Virus record (IMG/VR): IMGVR_UViG_3300036770_001972
Span: 38,229 to 102,228 of that record
Length of the DNA: 64,000 bases
From: a virus
Reading direction: 5' to 3' (one strand)
The notes beneath the pieces are model-generated. The model ran no database searches and was not told the origin of the DNA. It saw only the letters and a program-made list of their open reading frames with translations. Both the position numbers and the translations under genes were made by a program. Shown one piece after another: positions 8,881-18,486 of this stretch; position 1 is the stretch's first letter; the number at the start of each line of letters is the position of its first letter.

Positions 8881-11800
8881 GTTGCGATCATCCGTAGATT
8901 GCGGATCTTTGGAACTGCGGCACCGTTGTCATCTCCGAACATCACTACCTTGATTGAGAATGTCTTGAACTTCTGAAGAGTCGTGTATCCAATGTTTGTG
9001 AAAGTGACCTCGCGGAAATCCGAGTCGGAGGACGAAACCCCTGTATCTGTGGATGTCAGTTCGACATAGTTCACATTGTCATAGTCGGGTTCACCAACAG
9101 GAACTGGACGGACGAACACCTTGACGGACGAGGCATTTGTGTTGCCCTTCTTCGGATTGCACAGCGACATCGAAACCGTAATGTTTTCGGCTTCCATACC
9201 ACTCTCCAAGGTGACCTTCTTGCTGATGTAACGGGCGGCTGTGCGGTAACCCGAAGCAACCCCCTCGTTTGTCGGCTCCAATTCTCCGTTGTACGATCCA
9301 CTTGAACTGTCTGTTACTGTTTGATTGTTGATCGTGTTGCTTACGGTGATGAAACTGGACTTCTGTAGATCAAAGATCGGAGACACATACCCGTTCGAAC
9401 TTGCGGACAGGGTGGCTACAATCTCCGATACATTGCCTTCGCCCGTAGACGAGGAAACTGTGTGATAACCACTCGCAGGAATGGTATTCTTGTTTGGAGT
9501 AAGGCTTGCGTAGTTCACGGGTGGAGAAGCCTGAACCTCAACTGCATATGCAATTCCCGTATCTTCGGGAGTCGAATCGACTGCATTCAATCTGAACTCG
9601 TTGATGTTCAGATTTGCAGAGCCGCTTGAGATTGCAGAATTCTGCACCGTTACGGTACCGCTGCTGCTGAACTTACAGACCTTTAGGCGCAATGCAAGAG
9701 TTTCGTTTTCGCTCTTTGCATACTTGCCTGAGTTCTGTGGCTTGAACAGCGACCGCATCATCGGCTGCTTGATCACACCGATCTTTGGATCCTCTTCGGA
9801 TGCTCTGATGATTGTGGATCCAATCGATCCCTTCAGAAGGGCATAATTCGAAGAGTTTGTTGAAACGCAGACCGCATACTCCTTCGCGGGAAGAAGATAG
9901 ACGGGAGTGCTGAACGGGAAGTTCGTTGCATCTGCATCACCGTCTTCGATTAGATCCACCGTAGAAATGCTTCCATCGTTGTACTTGACAGATGTGGCAA
10001 ACGGCAGCACCTTCGATGGGTGTGGGTATCCCGAAACGGTGGGTCGAATCTGCACAGTCACGGGGATCGTGCTAAGTGCATCAACACTCTCAAAGTAGAG
10101 ATCGACCGACTTTAGGAAGATACCTTGGGGATACTTGACGGGATCGACATAGAATGTCTGCGACAGCGGCTCAGAATAGCCACGAATCTCACCCGAACTT
10201 GTAAGCATTTCTGATAGGTTCGAAACTACCTTTTCAGTCTTGACTGACTTTCTTCGGGTTTCGGCAATACGGGTTGCCAACAGACCATCCTCTGACAGAG
10301 AATCATATGCACCTTCGACTGCATATGTGGCTTCTGCTGCCATCGTGGAGGAGGCGACAGAATCCGCAGAGGCAACATCCGTGATGCGAATGTTGTGCCG
10401 TCCGACCAAGAAGTTCTGTTCATATACGCCTGTCGAAGCGTTTGGATAGTTGAACAGATACTTGATCGATGCTTCACCATTTTCAGTAGTAACTTGACTT
10501 CCACCCGTGCAGTATGGGGTGACATTCATGTCATCGCAGAAGACATAGAATGTGGTGCTTGGCTTGAGTCCCTTGGCGGTGAGGGTGATTTCCTGCTGAC
10601 GAGCAACGGGCAGAACATCACGGGCTACCGTCTTGTTTGCCACAATCTTCTTCATGCTCTCAGGAGCAACAGAAGAGTTAACGCTGTTCAAAGACAATCC
10701 TTCAGCCTTGGCAGACAGCAACTTGTTTCGGACTAGATTGGGGCGATTGTTCTTGGAGTTCTGATTCTCCTTGCCGAACCAAATCGATTCCCAATCATTG
10801 AACCGAGTGCCGAATCCATAGTTGGAGTTGACTTCCCAGTTGTCATTCTCGCCCTCTACATTGACACGAACCTTTGGCTGCTTCGTGGTGTCGTACCATG
10901 TATCCGCTGCGGGGCTGATCGACAGATGCCCCATGTAGTTGATTACATTGAACGGATTGATCTGAATCGACTCGCTTGCCAACAGATGGGAGATTTCAGG
11001 AGACTGTGTGAAGGAGAGGGTATAGACACCATCGGTGGCATTGCCAGTAACCGAGGATACAACTGCTCCCGTCAGTCCATATGAGCGAGTAGAGAACGGT
11101 GGACGCAGTTCGTTGTTTTCATAATCAACGCTTGCGGCAAACATCGGATCTGCATTGTCAGCGACTGCGTGTCCCTTGAACTGATCGACCAAGATGCCGC
11201 GCTTTGGCATCTCATCTCCGTTTTCATCACGGATGCTCTTTGCCTTTGCTTCTTGCTCTAGAAGGCTAAGTGTTGTGTAGTACTCAACAGCCTCAATGCG
11301 CTTCTCAAGATCACCAATATCCCGCATCGTGTATCGCTTGTTCTCAACATAACGAATCGATGCGTCATTGCTGTTGAATGTGTACGGATTGACCTGTACG
11401 GTGTACAAAGTCATCGCATTCGGATCGTCCGCAGGAATGTCGGCGTTGAGAGACGGCGTTCCCGAGATGACTGCAAAATTGCGATCCCGAGTCAAGACGA
11501 TCTTGTCTGTTCTTGGGAGATAATGCGTATAGGTGAAGTCGTTATCGTTTGCTGCCGAATTCGTGGGAATCCACGGCGTAGCCATGATATCTCCACTCAG
11601 GCTTCTGTCGGGACGGAAGTCAATGCAGTCGCGCAACTTGTACTGTGTGCCCGTGGACTTGCTCGTATAGGTCGGGATGTTCTCATAATCGGGATACGAA
11701 GCAACCGTATATGCACCATATACATTTTCGTGAGAGTAGTACTTGAAGGTTGCGTAGAAAGGCCCAGTAACGCCTGTAACCCCTGCGCCGAGAGTCAGGC

Positions 11801-13829
11801 GAGACCAATCATAGAACGAGTCGCGCTGACCGTTGTCTAGAGTGAAATACGAGTTCAGGCTGATCCCCGAACTTGCACCCTTTGTTCCCGTGATTGACAG
11901 AAGTTCGATGACATCCGTGTATCCGTTCAGGAAGAGAGTATCAGATGTGCTGCCTCTCTCGTCACCTGTCAACGAAGACCCCCACGCGCCCGTGAGCGTG
12001 AGGCTTACTGTCTGTTCTGTCTTGTCGCGGATGTAGTTCACCATAGCCGTGGAATCATTGCCTGGTTCCTGTGTGGCGTATGTGAATACCTTTGTTCCTG
12101 CCGCAGCATTTGTAACAGTAACGGATAGTTCCGTGACATTTGCACCACGGGCGGCAGTTCCTGCAAGAACCTTGCCAGTTCCGTCGAAAACCAACACATC
12201 CGAGTCGGGAAGGCTTACAGTCGTATTGATCGGGAACTGAAGACCAGGGTCATATGAGTTGATCGTGTATGTGAATGACGATGTCGGTGCTGTTCTTGAA
12301 TCATATCCAACGATTGCATAGTCACCCGAAGAGAACGAGGTGACTCCCGAACCTTCAGGAACCTGATACAGAAGAATGTCTTGACTCTCGTTTTCCAATC
12401 CCGCACTTCCCGTGAGGGTAAACATGTGCGCCGTCAAACTGGGAAGGTGAATACGAACTGTTTCTTCGAATGATGCCGTACCCGACATCTTGATGTCATA
12501 CAACGACAAGTTGTAGACACTAGCCGAATATGGCTCCACCCAACGCATTCTTGCAGAGCCGATGACATCAAGAGCCGAACCGCTTGCACCGCGAGACAGG
12601 TTGATTGTTGGGTGTTTGGTGGGATCTTCAATTGGGTTAAACGATCCCGTGATGCCCGAGAATTCAACCTTTGTGTATGGGCCAATCGATCTGTTGAAAT
12701 CGCGGGTGACTGTTCTTTCGTGGGACTCCCCACGGGCACATGGGATGTTCAATTTTGTCTTTGCCTGAGTTTCAAACTCATATCCAAAGACATATGCTTT
12801 GCCCGAGGACAATTCCGCCTTCAGTACGGTGTTTCCGCCGCTAGAAGTTGGGCCGTTCAAAGTGAGTTCGAACGGATTGACTGTGTAGTTGCCCGATTCG
12901 TCGTATGTCCGTCTTGCAAGGGTATCCTCAAGGACTGCATAATCGGGGTACTTTTCGATCTTAACGATGTCGCCATCGACAACTCGCATGAACTCAATGA
13001 ATCCAACGCGAGAGAAGTTGTCAACGGAACTCGTATCTGATGCTGTGAATCCATTCTGAGCGACATTGAGTTCGATCTTGAATCGATCCGAGCCTGGTGC
13101 GGCATAGTTGTAAAAGCCGAAAGCGGGATCGTTCAATGATGTATCGTCAGTCGCGGTGACGAAACTCTTGTCAACAGAGAAGCCAATACGGGTCGTTGGG
13201 TTGTTGTAGTTACGGATTAGGCTACCCGCGCTGCCCGTGAGGGTATATGCACCAATCGACTGTGAATCATTCAGTACGAAATAGCCTTCGACAAATCGAA
13301 CGCCTCGTTCAACTGAGGCAACCAACGCATCACCAATGAAGCAGCAAGAAGGCCCCGTGATCGATGCTGTGATCCCAACACCGTTTGATGCTGTTGCGGC
13401 GATGACATCGTTTGCATCGAAAGTCGCCCCGCCCTCCATGTACTCAAAGAAAAGAACAGGTCTGTTTTCCTCCAAAGTGCTTCCCGAAAGACCCACTTCG
13501 GCATGAACCACACGCGCCCGAGCCTTGCCCGAAGAACTAATGACAGCACCAATGAAGTCGGCAGGATCCTCTGTCGATCCTCCCAATTCAACCTTTGCGT
13601 ACTTGACGCGATTTTCGCTGATCTGACCATCAAGAACGATGCTTCCCTCTTCGAAAACATGGGATCCCATTCTTTCGATTTGGTTCTGAAGGAGCGTCTG
13701 AATCTGCGTCAGTTCTCTTGCCTGAACACCGTAGCCAGGGCGGAACATCAACCGAAGGAACTTCTTGTCCTCCGAGAAGTCATCGTAATAGGGGTCTACA
13801 TTGAATAGGCTTGGGTCGTATGACGGCAT
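8877..13829 (-). CDS. large virion structural protein, DUF4815/VrlC-like
   Basis: N-terminal FNVDPYYDDF..FRPGYGVQARELTQIQTLLQNQIE, plus LARRTYDESGNY, NKRYTMRDIGDLEKRIEAVEYYTTLSLLE and C-terminal PKIRNLRMIAT. Confidence 0.85.
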   Translation of the reverse strand: MPSYDPSLFNVDPYYDDFSEDKKFLRLMFRPGYGVQARELTQIQTLLQNQIERMGSHVFEEGSIVLDGQISENRVKYAKVELGGSTEDPADFIGAVISSSGKARARVVHAEVGLSGSTLEENRPVLFFEYMEGGATFDANDVIAATASNGVGITASITGPSCCFIGDALVASVERGVRFVEGYFVLNDSQSIGAYTLTGSAGSLIRNYNNPTTRIGFSVDKSFVTATDDTSLNDPAFGFYNYAAPGSDRFKIELNVAQNGFTASDTSSVDNFSRVGFIEFMRVVDGDIVKIEKYPDYAVLEDTLARRTYDESGNYTVNPFELTLNGPTSSGGNTVLKAELSSGKAYVFGYEFETQAKTKLNIPCARGESHERTVTRDFNRSIGPYTKVEFSGITGSFNPIEDPTKHPTINLSRGASGSALDVIGSARMRWVEPYSASVYNLSLYDIKMSGTASFEETVRIHLPSLTAHMFTLTGSAGLENESQDILLYQVPEGSGVTSFSSGDYAIVGYDSRTAPTSSFTYTINSYDPGLQFPINTTVSLPDSDVLVFDGTGKVLAGTAARGANVTELSVTVTNAAAGTKVFTYATQEPGNDSTAMVNYIRDKTEQTVSLTLTGAWGSSLTGDERGSTSDTLFLNGYTDVIELLSITGTKGASSGISLNSYFTLDNGQRDSFYDWSRLTLGAGVTGVTGPFYATFKYYSHENVYGAYTVASYPDYENIPTYTSKSTGTQYKLRDCIDFRPDRSLSGDIMATPWIPTNSAANDNDFTYTHYLPRTDKIVLTRDRNFAVISGTPSLNADIPADDPNAMTLYTVQVNPYTFNSNDASIRYVENKRYTMRDIGDLEKRIEAVEYYTTLSLLEQEAKAKSIRDENGDEMPKRGILVDQFKGHAVADNADPMFAASVDYENNELRPPFSTRSYGLTGAVVSSVTGNATDGVYTLSFTQSPEISHLLASESIQINPFNVINYMGHLSISPAADTWYDTTKQPKVRVNVEGENDNWEVNSNYGFGTRFNDWESIWFGKENQNSKNNRPNLVRNKLLSAKAEGLSLNSVNSSVAPESMKKIVANKTVARDVLPVARQQEITLTAKGLKPSTTFYVFCDDMNVTPYCTGGSQVTTENGEASIKYLFNYPNASTGVYEQNFLVGRHNIRITDVASADSVASSTMAAEATYAVEGAYDSLSEDGLLATRIAETRRKSVKTEKVVSNLSEMLTSSGEIRGYSEPLSQTFYVDPVKYPQGIFLKSVDLYFESVDALSTIPVTVQIRPTVSGYPHPSKVLPFATSVKYNDGSISTVDLIEDGDADATNFPFSTPVYLLPAKEYAVCVSTNSSNYALLKGSIGSTIIRASEEDPKIGVIKQPMMRSLFKPQNSGKYAKSENETLALRLKVCKFSSSGTVTVQNSAISSGSANLNINEFRLNAVDSTPEDTGIAYAVEVQASPPVNYASLTPNKNTIPASGYHTVSSSTGEGNVSEIVATLSASSNGYVSPIFDLQKSSFITVSNTINNQTVTDSSSGSYNGELEPTNEGVASGYRTAARYISKKVTLESGMEAENITVSMSLCNPKKGNTNASSVKVFVRPVPVGEPDYDNVNYVELTSTDTGVSSSDSDFREVTFTNIGYTTLQKFKTFSIKVVMFGDDNGAAVPKIRNLRMIAT

Positions 13830-13841
13830 TTGCTTACCTCA

Positions 13842-16241
13842 TCAGAAGTCGATGACTATCTTTATCTCTTCCTTTTGTTCAAAACCGCGTTGAATCGGCT
13901 TCATATTCTGTATGTATAGGGTCTCTCCCGAACGATACTTGAGTTCCCCTGTGTGTACTATTTGTTGGACTTGAGCGGACGCGGTGGTTGACTCATCCAC
14001 GAAGTAGGGCGTTGTCATGCCAACATAGAACTTACCCTGCGTTCCAGTTACGCGAAGGGTGCCTGTTGTGCCTGATGCCCCCGCCGACCAATCCATTACA
14101 TATCCATTTGCCGATCCCGTGTTTCCGTAAGCAAACGCGGTATAGTCATCTTCTCTGAATGACTGTGAATCGAATTGATTATTTCCGTCATACAACATGA
14201 CTAGTGATGTTGTCTGATCGTAGACGCTGCTTCCATCCGTTGATGTTGGAACTCCACTCTTGCAGCAATCTGAATGTGCCTCAAGAATACGAATGACGCT
14301 ATCAACCGCTACAATCTCTGCCACGCCACTAAGCCCCGTTCCCACGAACCCGCTATACAGAGGATCTACCTGAGTGAGCCGTTCTCCCTGCTTGAATGTG
14401 CCCTGTGGTTCTTCCAAGTAGAGATATCCCGATTTATTCGACCCCAAAGACGGTTCCCATGCATAGACCTCTCCCGTTGCGCGGGAGGGGGGAGCAGATG
14501 TTTCGTAGTTTCCGACACCGATGGCGATGTATCCGCGAGTGAAATCTGTGCCGTTTCCGAGGAATGCAGCATCCGTTGGTGCCACTCTGAGTCGAAGAAG
14601 GCGGCGACCTTCGGTTCCCGCTACTGTCTTTTCACGAACATTCATGATGGTCAAGCCGTTTACGGTTCCACCAAACTTGAACTCACCATCTCTGATGTTC
14701 GTAAGCACCAATTCACTTGTTCCGCTGTGTCCTGAAGCACCGCTGCGCCAAGAGACGATTTCTCCATATGCTCCGCTATATCCTGCTCCAGTTGCCTGTT
14801 GTGCTGTTGCTCCTGCGATAAAAGATCCCGACACCCCGCTATCGTAGAAGTTGATTCGGACATGCTTTTCCTCTAGCAGAGGATTGAGGATCAAGCCAAA
14901 CTGACGGTATTCGTTTTCCGTGCTTACCTTCTCATTCTCGCTGCGGAAATAGTCCTTGACGATCATGATGGAGGATGCGCCAAGTTCCTTCACGGGATCC
15001 GAACCATGTCCATTTGGGGGAGACATAACAGGTTCGGCCAAGTCCTGCAAGAAGACCTTTTCTGTAGGAACATCCAACCCCTTGACGAATTCCAAGGATG
15101 CAAATGTGTAGTTCTTGCCGCCATCAACCAACTCAATCGAATCGATCAATCGGATAGTCTCAAAGAACTCCGTGCAAGCGGTAACGCCGTTTGCACCAAG
15201 AACATCGGATCCCGCAGTCAGACCAAAGCGAACAGAGACTTCTGCGCTTGTACTGTATGGGTTCGATGTGTTTACATTTGCCTCACCATCACCAACTACC
15301 TTGATGTAAGGAACGATAGAGAATGTGCTTGGACTTCCACCACCCGAAACACTTGCTGAGAACGGGTCTGCAACCGTGACAAATGCGGAACTGCCGTCTG
15401 TTGGGGTAAACGATGTAATGACCCGCCGCTGACCCAATCCCTGACCGTTGTCAATCGATAGAACCATGTCCTCATAGTATCCCTCTTGGAGGAATAGGAA
15501 CTTGGATGCCAAGGTAATTCCAGTTGCTCCCAACGCAACATCCGCAACTACCGTATTGCTTGCGGATGGGAATACGCAATTTGTGGAGACAACGAAGGGC
15601 TGAACATCGGTGTTCATCTTGATGAAGGCGATTTCGCCGTCAACAGCATCCTCCTGAACTCTCCATTGCAAGATTCTCTCGTCGTTGCTGCGGAGATATT
15701 CAACAAACTCCACGGGCATGTAGCCGATGGAATCTCCCTGTGTCTTGGTAAGGAACTTTCTCTTAGACTCAGGAATCTGATAAAGGAACTTCCAACGATA
15801 GCCGTCTGAAAGCCGCCTGATCCGCGAGTCTGTGTGCATCGGTGCCACAAGAGACGGTGAGTTGTTTGCATTGTCAATGCACTTGTATACTCTCTCCTCG
15901 TCAACCAATGCATAAAATGGTGCGGGGTTGAGGTCATCGAACAGGTCGATGTTGTCGCGGTAGGCGGTGTATACAGCCCCTGGAGTCCAATCATAGCGAC
16001 GAACGACCAAGGAAACATCCGAGCGATCAATTCTCTTGTGGGCGAAGATGCCTCTCCAAAAGTCCGTATCGTCTCTTACCGAATCAACACTTCGGGGGGG
16101 ATTCTCATCGTCTGTCCACGCAACAACCTTGCCGATTGAGAGAAACAGATTGTTTTCATCAACATCGCCATAGATGTCAAGAAGAGAACGAGCGGCAATC
16201 CGCTTGTGGTTTTGACGAAATGGGTCGCAGGATCCAGCCAT
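13842..16241 (-). CDS. gp8: baseplate wedge subunit gp8
   Basis: VVRRYDWTPG, VYKCIDNANN, SDGYRWKFLYQI, SPPNGHGSDPVKELGA, EYRQFGLI and C-terminal QKEEIKIVIDF; synteny gp6-gp7-gp8. Confidence 0.85.
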   Translation of the reverse strand: MAGSCDPFRQNHKRIAARSLLDIYGDVDENNLFLSIGKVVAWTDDENPPRSVDSVRDDTDFWRGIFAHKRIDRSDVSLVVRRYDWTPGAVYTAYRDNIDLFDDLNPAPFYALVDEERVYKCIDNANNSPSLVAPMHTDSRIRRLSDGYRWKFLYQIPESKRKFLTKTQGDSIGYMPVEFVEYLRSNDERILQWRVQEDAVDGEIAFIKMNTDVQPFVVSTNCVFPSASNTVVADVALGATGITLASKFLFLQEGYYEDMVLSIDNGQGLGQRRVITSFTPTDGSSAFVTVADPFSASVSGGGSPSTFSIVPYIKVVGDGEANVNTSNPYSTSAEVSVRFGLTAGSDVLGANGVTACTEFFETIRLIDSIELVDGGKNYTFASLEFVKGLDVPTEKVFLQDLAEPVMSPPNGHGSDPVKELGASSIMIVKDYFRSENEKVSTENEYRQFGLILNPLLEEKHVRINFYDSGVSGSFIAGATAQQATGAGYSGAYGEIVSWRSGASGHSGTSELVLTNIRDGEFKFGGTVNGLTIMNVREKTVAGTEGRRLLRLRVAPTDAAFLGNGTDFTRGYIAIGVGNYETSAPPSRATGEVYAWEPSLGSNKSGYLYLEEPQGTFKQGERLTQVDPLYSGFVGTGLSGVAEIVAVDSVIRILEAHSDCCKSGVPTSTDGSSVYDQTTSLVMLYDGNNQFDSQSFREDDYTAFAYGNTGSANGYVMDWSAGASGTTGTLRVTGTQGKFYVGMTTPYFVDESTTASAQVQQIVHTGELKYRSGETLYIQNMKPIQRGFEQKEEIKIVIDF

Positions 16242-16248
16242 TGCTTTG

Positions 16249-16255
16249 TATTTAG
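16249..16255 (-). promoter_or_regulatory. late promoter CTAAATA for gp8
   Basis: Overlaps the gp7 stop and lies 7 nt before the gp8 ATG. Confidence 0.7.
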
Positions 16256-18480
16256 AGTGCTTCCTCTACACTATCAGAAACTGTTATTTCGGGTGTTGGT
16301 GGCGGTACGAATTCATACGCAAAGAGGTGGATCTTCCTTGTGCCAGGGATCAATCTGTCCTGTTCATCCAAGATATCCATTCGAAGGGTGTGTCTTCCAT
16401 CCTTGACCAACTTCAAAACTGTTTGACGGCTGTTGATCGAAAGTGTGCTTCGGAGTTTGTTGTCCAAGTAGACTTTGATGCTCTTTGCCTTGTAGTAGGA
16501 AAGATTCCCTTCATTTTCGATTGTAAACTTCACAAGAAGTGTCCTGAAGAAGTTGTAATCGCTTTCTGATGTACCAACTGGGACTTTGGGATTGTTGGCG
16601 ATCAATCCCTCTGCGGGTGTGTTGATTGCAATCTTTGGCACGGCGACATTCACGAAGTTTTCGTTTCGGCAATCAAACTCTTGTCCCTGTGGCATGTTGA
16701 AGAATGCTCGGGCGGTGATCTTTCGGAACTCGCTGTTTTCATCGTACTCAAGCAATGCATACTTGAAGTCATAAGGCTCGGTGTAGTAAAGCCCATTTGG
16801 GCAACGATTGATTTCCCCGTTGCAAGGCTCTGAGACATCTGCCGTGATATTGAGCGGCGTAACTGTGGATAGAAGATCTCCTGCCCATTTGCCAATATCC
16901 TCTATTCTCCATCCCTCTTTGCGATATGACCACTCTGACCACCCGCCGTTTTGGGACAGGAAGTCATTGATTTGTGTATTCCAAATCTTTGCAATGTGGT
17001 AGCCACGGGAGACCATCTTGTTGGGGTGAGGATACACAATCCAAAACGGATCGGCATTTGGGAAATCATCCTCGTATAGGATTCCACTCGTTGCACCGAC
17101 AAATGCAATGTTGTTTGTCATCGGATTGCCTTGCAAAGCCAATCCATTTCCAGTTCCACGAATCAAAATATCGTGTGTATCGGGGGAGTATCCCGCAGCA
17201 GTCAGACCGCCCCCCGTCACGCCTGTGAGAAACCACAGGGAAAGGTCATCGAAGGTTTGGAATGTGTATGGCACATAGTGTCCAATGATCGGCACATGAT
17301 ATGACATGAGAGCGGATGCATTCTGTAAGTCTGCCTCCGCGCACCGCTTGATGAGAACAGACCCAAACATGGCTGTTCCAATTGGGTGTACCAATCTACG
17401 AATGATCTCTCTGTATTTGTCAACTACCACCTCAGTCTTCAGAACATACGACCAGTTTTGGTAGAAGTGATTATCCTGAAGAACTTTGTTTGTGCTGAGT
17501 CTGCCGTCATTGTTGGCGTAATATCCCGCAGACTGACAAAGGGCACCGACAGTTACCGTTCCGCTGAATCCCGAACCACGAACTGTATCGATGGCAATCG
17601 TGGGCGCGACCTTGTAGTTGATTCCGAAGTCATTGATGTCGATCTTTCGAATCGATCCCGACCCATCGACTTCGACAACTGTTCCAACAGCCTGTTGACC
17701 GCTGTCTCCGCTTGCCGCAACAAATCTGACTCTGTCGCCAATTTCATAGTCGCTGCCGCCATTAGAAATCGACAACGACGAGATAACGCTATAGACAGAA
17801 ACCTCATGGAATGACTCTTCGCCATCCGTAAAATCAATACCTAGGTTTCCCGCAGTAAAAGTTCCGTTACGACCCGAAATCAAGAGTTCTGCTACTGGAA
17901 AGTTGTCGATCTGATAGACATTGACATCGACAACACGGGCGGTTGCCAAGATAGCCCCGCTTGCACTCTTCTGTGTGATGTTATTTCCTGCTGCGCGATA
18001 GATCGTGTCGCCCAATGCATTCGATATTCTAAGGTAGTTGTTCTGCGTCCATCTTCCCGAAGAAGACCGCAAGATGTCCGTCTTGGGATAGTAGAACTCT
18101 ACCGATGTGTCGTACAGAATACGAAACAAGAACTCGTATGACTTTTCGGTTCCCTTGGCAAGATAGAACTGCTTGATGTTCTTCATCAGCCGCCGTGGAT
18201 CAACTGGCTGATTGGTGGTCTTGCTGATTGCAAGGCTCTCGGGGAAGTTCAGTAGGTACTGGGTGCGAAACTCCTCAACAAACTGATCCAAAGTGGTATC
18301 GATGTCGGGGATGTCGTGCATCGCCATGGGCGAAAGCACCTTGCCATCGTTTCGCTTCAATCCCAACCATTCATAGTATGCAGACAGAAATGCCACAAGC
18401 GTAGGATGATCCACCCGTACAAACTCAGGGAGTCTGTCGGAAACCAAGTGGGAAAGGTTGCGATCACCGTCAATGCTCAT
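16252..18480 (-). CDS. gp7: baseplate wedge initiator gp7-like
   Basis: LPEFVRVDHPTLVAFLSAYYEW, KNIKQFYLAKGTEKSYEFLFRILY, LQDNHFYQNWSYVLK and LVHPIGTAMFG; lies between gp6 and gp8. Confidence 0.8.
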   Translation of the reverse strand: MSIDGDRNLSHLVSDRLPEFVRVDHPTLVAFLSAYYEWLGLKRNDGKVLSPMAMHDIPDIDTTLDQFVEEFRTQYLLNFPESLAISKTTNQPVDPRRLMKNIKQFYLAKGTEKSYEFLFRILYDTSVEFYYPKTDILRSSSGRWTQNNYLRISNALGDTIYRAAGNNITQKSASGAILATARVVDVNVYQIDNFPVAELLISGRNGTFTAGNLGIDFTDGEESFHEVSVYSVISSLSISNGGSDYEIGDRVRFVAASGDSGQQAVGTVVEVDGSGSIRKIDINDFGINYKVAPTIAIDTVRGSGFSGTVTVGALCQSAGYYANNDGRLSTNKVLQDNHFYQNWSYVLKTEVVVDKYREIIRRLVHPIGTAMFGSVLIKRCAEADLQNASALMSYHVPIIGHYVPYTFQTFDDLSLWFLTGVTGGGLTAAGYSPDTHDILIRGTGNGLALQGNPMTNNIAFVGATSGILYEDDFPNADPFWIVYPHPNKMVSRGYHIAKIWNTQINDFLSQNGGWSEWSYRKEGWRIEDIGKWAGDLLSTVTPLNITADVSEPCNGEINRCPNGLYYTEPYDFKYALLEYDENSEFRKITARAFFNMPQGQEFDCRNENFVNVAVPKIAINTPAEGLIANNPKVPVGTSESDYNFFRTLLVKFTIENEGNLSYYKAKSIKVYLDNKLRSTLSINSRQTVLKLVKDGRHTLRMDILDEQDRLIPGTRKIHLFAYEFVPPPTPEITVSDSVEEAL

Positions 18481-18486
18481 GCTTGA

